Below, in pieces: positions 22,504 through 25,966 of a stretch of DNA of 25,966 nt. The stretch is from positions 1 to 25,966 of IMG/VR virus record IMGVR_UViG_3300005805_000424; one strand, 5' to 3'. Source of the DNA: a virus. Lineage: Duplodnaviria; Caudoviricetes. Both the position numbers and the translations under genes were made by a program. Under the pieces are notes generated by a model, which saw only the letters and a list, made by a program, of their open reading frames with translations, searched no databases and was not told the DNA's origin. Within the stretch, counting starts at the first letter, position 1. Every line of letters begins with the position of its first letter.

Positions 22504-24461
22504 AATTCATTTCAATCTGTTCTGGTATTGAGGCTGCGAGCGTGGCTTGGGAGCCCCTTGGTTGGGAGGCGGTGGCTTTTTCTGAGATTGAGCCGTTCCC
22601 GAGTGCTGTTTTGGCTCATCACTACCCTGACGTTCCTAATTTTGGGGACATGACGAAGTTTGATACGTGGCCAGAGGAGATTTTTCTGGAGGCGGATTTG
22701 ATTGTTGGTGGTCCACCCTGCCAAGCTTTTTCTGTGGCGGGAAATCGTGAGGGCTTGGCGGATGACCGAGGCAATCTGACGCTTGTGTATGTACAACTTA
22801 TCAATCACGCTGATTTAATTAGGAAAAAGCATGGAAAAGAACCAGTTATCGCTTTTTATGAAAACGTCCCCGGACTCTTCTCAGACAAGACCAACGCATA
22901 TGGCTGCCTTCTTGGAGCGCTTGCCGGAGAAGATGGTGCGCTCCTCGCTCCAGGGGGCAAATGGACAGACGCTGGTTGCGTGTCTGGTCCCCAAAGAGCA
23001 ATGGCGTGGAGACTCTTGGACGCCCAATACTTCGGCTTGGCACAACGTCGCAGACGTGTGTTCCTTGTCGCAGGTGCTGGAGACGGGTTTAATCCCGCCG
23101 AGATTCTTTTTGAGCGAGAGGGCGTGCGCAGGGATTTTGCGCCGAGCCGAGAAACGGGGCAAGCGGTTGCCGGAACAATTGCAGCGCGCTTTGGAGACGG
23201 TGGCCAACCGACTGGAGGCGTAGGAGTAGCGCACGTTGCGCCTACCGTTACTGGTGGGCCTCCTTTTAGTCGCACAGGCAATGAACGCGTGGAATGCGAT
23301 GCCCTCGTAGCGACCACTGTTATTGGAAACGTGGAGGGCGGGGCGGCCACTACCCTGTCTTCACGGGAGTACAAGGGCTTGTCTTGTGGGCGCGACGGCA
23401 TGACGAGTGCGGCGGTGGTGTATGAGCCTATTGCCCTTGCCATCCCGATCCATGATCAGGCCACGCGGTTCGCGGGCAAGCGTGGGGACAAGCAAGATGG
23501 CAAGGGCAATGGACTGGGGATAGGTGAGCCCGGAGCCCCGATGAACACGCTCACCAAGGGGGATCGCCATGCGGTGGCGCATGCCATACCTCTTGACCTA
23601 CGCAATGCGGGTCGTGATCCAGAGAAGTATGACGCAATCAACCGTCAAGGCGTGGGGGTCGGTGAGGCGGGTGATCCATCACACACTATTACGTCCGCTT
23701 TTGTGCATGGCGTGGCGCAGTCTGTTGAATCAACGCCTGATACCTTGTATAATAAAGGTATCAAACAAGGGGAACATGATGCCTGCACACAAGAAACCTA
23801 CGCCGGAACGCTATTGCGAACATTGCTCCAAGAGGTTGGAGAGGAAACTTTTGCCAAATGGGGACTTGGAATATTTAATTCACTTCAATCGTCGGAAATA
23901 TTGCGGGAGAAGCTGCATGGCAGCGGCTTTCGACCTGCGACATTCTCCCGTAGTTGGGTGGTCTACTGCACATTATCACGCAAGGAAAATGGTTCCTGCT
24001 GGTTGTTGCAATCGTTGCTCGAAGCCGAATGCCCTCGATGTACATCACAAGGATGGAAACCATCTGAACAATACGCTAGAGAACTTGGAGCGTATTTGTC
24101 GGGGTTGTCACAACCTGGAGCACAGTCGCAGAGGTTCTTGCAAGATTTGTGGCAAGCCGCAGAAGGGTTTGGGCTACTGCGAGAAGCATTATCAAAGATT
24201 CAAGAAATGGGGCGACCCTTTAATGGTCAAACACAACCAGTTTTCTCCAGCATGCAAGTTAGACGATTGACCTGCGAAGAATGTGAATTTTTACAGGGAT
24301 TTCCACGCGGTTACACCAACATCCCGTGGCGTGGCAAGCCAGAGGCGCCTGATGGTCCGAGGTACAAGGCGCTTGGTAACTCATGGGCGGTACCGAACGT
24401 GCGTTGGATAGGCGCGCGTATTGATCAATATTTGAAGGCACCGAAAGGAGAAGTGAAATGA
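22500..24461 (+). CDS. C5 cytosine DNA methyltransferase (653 aa) with expanded variable region
   Basis: Motif I 'CSGIEA', IV 'GGPPCQAFS', VI 'ENVPG', VIII 'QRRRRVF', IX 'RRLT..ECE.LQGFP', X 'YKALGNS'. Confidence 0.93.
   Translation: MKFISICSGIEAASVAWEPLGWEAVAFSEIEPFPSAVLAHHYPDVPNFGDMTKFDTWPEEIFLEADLIVGGPPCQAFSVAGNREGLADDRGNLTLVYVQLINHADLIRKKHGKEPVIAFYENVPGLFSDKTNAYGCLLGALAGEDGALLAPGGKWTDAGCVSGPQRAMAWRLLDAQYFGLAQRRRRVFLVAGAGDGFNPAEILFEREGVRRDFAPSRETGQAVAGTIAARFGDGGQPTGGVGVAHVAPTVTGGPPFSRTGNERVECDALVATTVIGNVEGGAATTLSSREYKGLSCGRDGMTSAAVVYEPIALAIPIHDQATRFAGKRGDKQDGKGNGLGIGEPGAPMNTLTKGDRHAVAHAIPLDLRNAGRDPEKYDAINRQGVGVGEAGDPSHTITSAFVHGVAQSVESTPDTLYNKGIKQGEHDACTQETYAGTLLRTLLQEVGEETFAKWGLGIFNSLQSSEILREKLHGSGFRPATFSRSWVVYCTLSRKENGSCWLLQSLLEAECPRCTSQGWKPSEQYARELGAYLSGLSQPGAQSQRFLQDLWQAAEGFGLLREALSKIQEMGRPFNGQTQPVFSSMQVRRLTCEECEFLQGFPRGYTNIPWRGKPEAPDGPRYKALGNSWAVPNVRWIGARIDQYLKAPKGEVK
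22831..23223 (+). CDS. Alternative-frame methyltransferase beta subunit-like protein (M.EcoHK31I-beta type, 130 aa)
   Basis: Nested in the +1 frame; AGGA RBS 6 nt before the ATG; 'KTSPD', 'W..N', 'CSLSQVLET...P.RFFLS..AC.GILRRA..RGK.LP' motif. Confidence 0.7.
   Translation: MEKNQLSLFMKTSPDSSQTRPTHMAAFLERLPEKMVRSSLQGANGQTLVACLVPKEQWRGDSWTPNTSAWHNVADVCSLSQVLETGLIPPRFFLSERACAGILRRAEKRGKRLPEQLQRALETVANRLEA
23725..23773 (+). promoter_or_regulatory. Internal promoter, operator-like palindrome and RBS for the nested HNH gene
   Basis: TTGAAT (23725-23730) - 17 nt - TATAAT (23748-23753); perfect 9-bp inverted repeat TGATACCTT/AAGGTATCA (23738-23763) around the -10; AAGGGGA RBS at 23767-23773. Confidence 0.75.
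23776..24270 (+). CDS. HNH endonuclease nested in the +1 frame of the methyltransferase (164 aa)
   Basis: 'CNRC...DVHHKDGNHLNNTLENLERICRGCHNLEH' HNH core plus Zn-finger-like CEHC..CGRSC and CKIC..GYCEKHYQR..KWGDP; start ATG 23776 or 23779. Confidence 0.85.
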   Translation: MMPAHKKPTPERYCEHCSKRLERKLLPNGDLEYLIHFNRRKYCGRSCMAAAFDLRHSPVVGWSTAHYHARKMVPAGCCNRCSKPNALDVHHKDGNHLNNTLENLERICRGCHNLEHSRRGSCKICGKPQKGLGYCEKHYQRFKKWGDPLMVKHNQFSPACKLDD

Positions 24462-24661
24462 GCCGAATTATTACGCCTACAAGCCCCCGTAAGGACACCT
24501 TCTTGACTTTGCGGGTGACGGAGGCCTTCCGTGAGGACTTGGCCATGTTGGCTGAACAGTCGTTGAGGAGCGTGAGCTCACAGGCTTTTTATTACATTCA
24601 GCTTGGCATGCAGTACGAAGCGCGTCTTAACCTGTCCTCTGAGCCCCCAGAAGCCCCGTAG
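24458..24661 (+). CDS. Ribbon-helix-helix (Arc-like) DNA-binding protein (67 aa)
   Basis: 'FLTLRV...FREDL..LA....RSVSSQ...YI' pattern; ATGA coupling and AGGAG RBS. Confidence 0.7.
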   Translation: MSRIITPTSPRKDTFLTLRVTEAFREDLAMLAEQSLRSVSSQAFYYIQLGMQYEARLNLSSEPPEAP

Positions 24662-24687
24662 CGGCGTTTTGCTGCCCCAGAAGCACT

Positions 24688-24730
24688 AAGCCCTGCCTTT
24701 TGCCGAAAGCGGCGTGGCGGGGCTTTTACT
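24688..24730. terminator. Terminator-like hairpin between convergent transcription units
   Basis: AAGCCCTGCC...GGCGGGGCTT stem with inner GCC-GAAA hairpin, followed by TTACT on the + strand. Confidence 0.55.
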
Positions 24731-24789
24731 TGTTTATTGGTTTTGTGGGGTGTGAGCCTCGATAAAGCACGATTACGAATCAAAGAAAA

Positions 24790-24945
24790 ACTACGCTCAG
24801 GCGGCGAAGAGTGCAGGTGCCTGCCAAGGTACCTAGGTTGCTTATACCGCCCTCACGTCCAGGCGGCTAAGACCTGGTGCTCACATGGCTAGTGCCTGTT
24901 GCCCAAGCGCCAGACATGTAAGCCCCCGTCTTTCCGGGGTGTCAG
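24790..24945 (-). ncRNA. Candidate structured non-coding RNA
   Basis: Consecutive hairpins with G-U pairs and GAAA/GCAA loops on the minus strand; no convincing ORF. Confidence 0.4.
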
Positions 24946-24987
24946 TAAAACGCGGGGGTTTGAACTAAGGAGGTTCGTTTCACGTGT

Positions 24988-25224
24988 TTATTCTACGACT
25001 TTTTTTGGTTTGCGGGTGTACTTCTTGGCGGCCATGATCCCCGAGTCGTGGTCCGTGATCCTTGATGCGTTTTCGCGGCGCGCGGCTCGCTCCTCTACCA
25101 TGGCCTCTGCGATGTCGTAGGCGTATTCTGCTAGTTCGCTGATTAAGGGGGTGCGGGTATCGGAGTTCAGAAGCCCTTGCAGGGCGAGGGCAGCGAAGAA
25201 GTCGGTCAGGTCTTCGTCATTCAT
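24988..25224 (-). CDS. Small helical phage protein, 'D(F/Y)FA..A(L/M)QG' family (78 aa)
   Basis: 'LTDFFAALALQGLL...AEYAYDIAEAMVEER'. Confidence 0.75.
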   Translation of the reverse strand: MNDEDLTDFFAALALQGLLNSDTRTPLISELAEYAYDIAEAMVEERAARRENASRITDHDSGIMAAKKYTRKPKKVVE

Positions 25225-25408
25225 TATTTCTCGCTTTTAGCATGACATCTGCAATCGAATATGAATTGTCAGCAATTTCTACCCAATTGTGAATATTGTT
25301 TTGAGTTAAATATCCTTGCATAGCCGCCGTTGCGAAGTAATCCCGCAAGGTCATACCTTCAGCCATGTCTGTTTCTCTTTTCCATGTAGGAAATGCAGGT
25401 TGGTTCAT
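25217..25408 (-). CDS. Small helical phage protein, 'GMTLRDYFA' family (63 aa)
   Basis: 'PAFP...GMTLRDYFATAAMQG...SYSIADVMLKAR'; GAGGAG RBS. Confidence 0.8.
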   Translation of the reverse strand: MNQPAFPTWKRETDMAEGMTLRDYFATAAMQGYLTQNNIHNWVEIADNSYSIADVMLKARNNE

Positions 25409-25731
25409 TTGTTTGTCTCCTCGATGAGTTTGTCTAAGTAGTGTCGTGCCTTTTTTAAATCTTCAAGCCCGTGCTTTTCTTTCCATCGCGATACGTACTT
25501 GACTACGTTGCCTTCTAGATAGCCAAGGTTATTCGCAATGATGTAATCCCAGGGCTGAATAGCTTTGTTCTGGTAGTGGTCACCTCCTACCTGTCTGTCG
25601 TTAGCGGCGGGCTTAGCTGCAGTTTTAGCAATCGCCGCGTGTACTTGATCCTTGATACTTGCTCGTCGTTCTTCTTCGGCTTCCATGCTGTGGTTCCGAT
25701 TGTATACATCTTGTAGTGGTGGGTAACTCAT
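25405..25731 (-). CDS. DUF3310 (SaV-like / T7 gp1.7-related) protein
   Basis: 'QVGGDHY....IQPWDYI....LGYLEGNVVKYVSRW..K.GLEDLKKARHYLDKLI'; ATG 25731 couples to the upstream TGA and follows AAGGAG. Confidence 0.85.
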   Translation of the reverse strand: MSYPPLQDVYNRNHSMEAEEERRASIKDQVHAAIAKTAAKPAANDRQVGGDHYQNKAIQPWDYIIANNLGYLEGNVVKYVSRWKEKHGLEDLKKARHYLDKLIEETNK

Positions 25732-25966
25732 ACGGCACTCCTTATCCATGAAGCCGCTATATCACATCGGGGGAAGGGTAATGGTACTTCTGTGGCCATG
25801 CTTTGTGTAGACCTGTAGGTTTTAAGTGGACGTTCCGCGTCCTCGCCGTCCCCCCAAGCGTACTTCCTGATAAGCACGCCCCTCTTAGTTCTTGCCCAAG
25901 CGCAGATGTGTACTCGCCGAAACTTATACAGCTCGGACAGCACGGCCGCTACGGTCGCAACGGACA
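25728..25966 (-). CDS. Hypothetical protein, 5'-truncated by the window edge (possible winged helix)
   Basis: Frame is open from the right edge (SVATVAAVLSELYKFRRVHICAW...KYAWGDGEDA..P). Confidence 0.6.
   Translation of the reverse strand, partial: SVATVAAVLSELYKFRRVHICAWARTKRGVLIRKYAWGDGEDAERPLKTYRSTQSMATEVPLPFPRCDIAASWIRSAV

Noticed and set aside
22512-23641. Minus-strand ORFs antisense to the methyltransferase (up to 195 aa)
   Set aside because: No RBS or protein motifs; expected in GC-rich DNA already constrained in two frames
23569-23775. N-terminal 69 codons of the 233-aa ORF-track call
   Set aside because: Promoter and RBS lie downstream at 23725-23773, so the real start is ATG 23776 or 23779
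23724-24251. Intein or group I intron explanation for the MTase insertion
   Set aside because: No terminal His-Asn or block B motif, and almost the whole insert is occupied by promoter plus HNH ORF, leaving no room for a ribozyme core; not formally excluded without RT-PCR
24797-24830. tmRNA-like tag ending ALFAA-stop on the minus strand
   Set aside because: No ANDxx-type resume sequence and no tRNA-like acceptor or T-arm found nearby
24977-24990. Fourth, degenerate parS (GTTTCACGTGTTTA)
   Set aside because: Only one arm matches; too weak to call

Overview
A 26-kb segment of a tailed dsDNA phage genome with podovirus-like architecture; an aquatic proteobacterial host is an inference from sigma70-type signals and gene style. 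1-15940 is a minus-strand morphogenesis block: terminase large subunit with an Ala1 (class 3-type) LAGLIDADG intein, a DUF4214-like repeat protein, portal, GroES, scaffold-like protein, Mu gpT-like major capsid, a structured RNA downstream of the capsid gene, several small basic proteins sharing a hydrophobic-[AKR]-x-GG motif, and head-tail adaptor-like proteins. 15941-16880 is a divergent non-coding region with three perfect chromosomal-type parS palindromes, phased GGATCAC heptamers and paired ATAG-N7-CTAT boxes. 16884-20257 is an AT-rich plus-strand block of small early-type genes. 20287-21579 holds a PD-(D/E)xK nuclease, terminase small subunit and a small putative regulator, followed by an origin-like inverted-repeat region. 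22099-24661 holds an EndoVII-like nuclease and a C5 cytosine methyltransferase gene that carries two further genes in its +1 frame: an EcoHK31I-beta-like subunit and an HNH endonuclease with its own internal promoter, operator-like palindrome and RBS. The right end has a structured intergenic region and small minus-strand genes (two tandem paralogues, DUF3310). No integrase, tRNA, rRNA or CRISPR array was seen. Family assignments come from motif recognition only; no searches were run.
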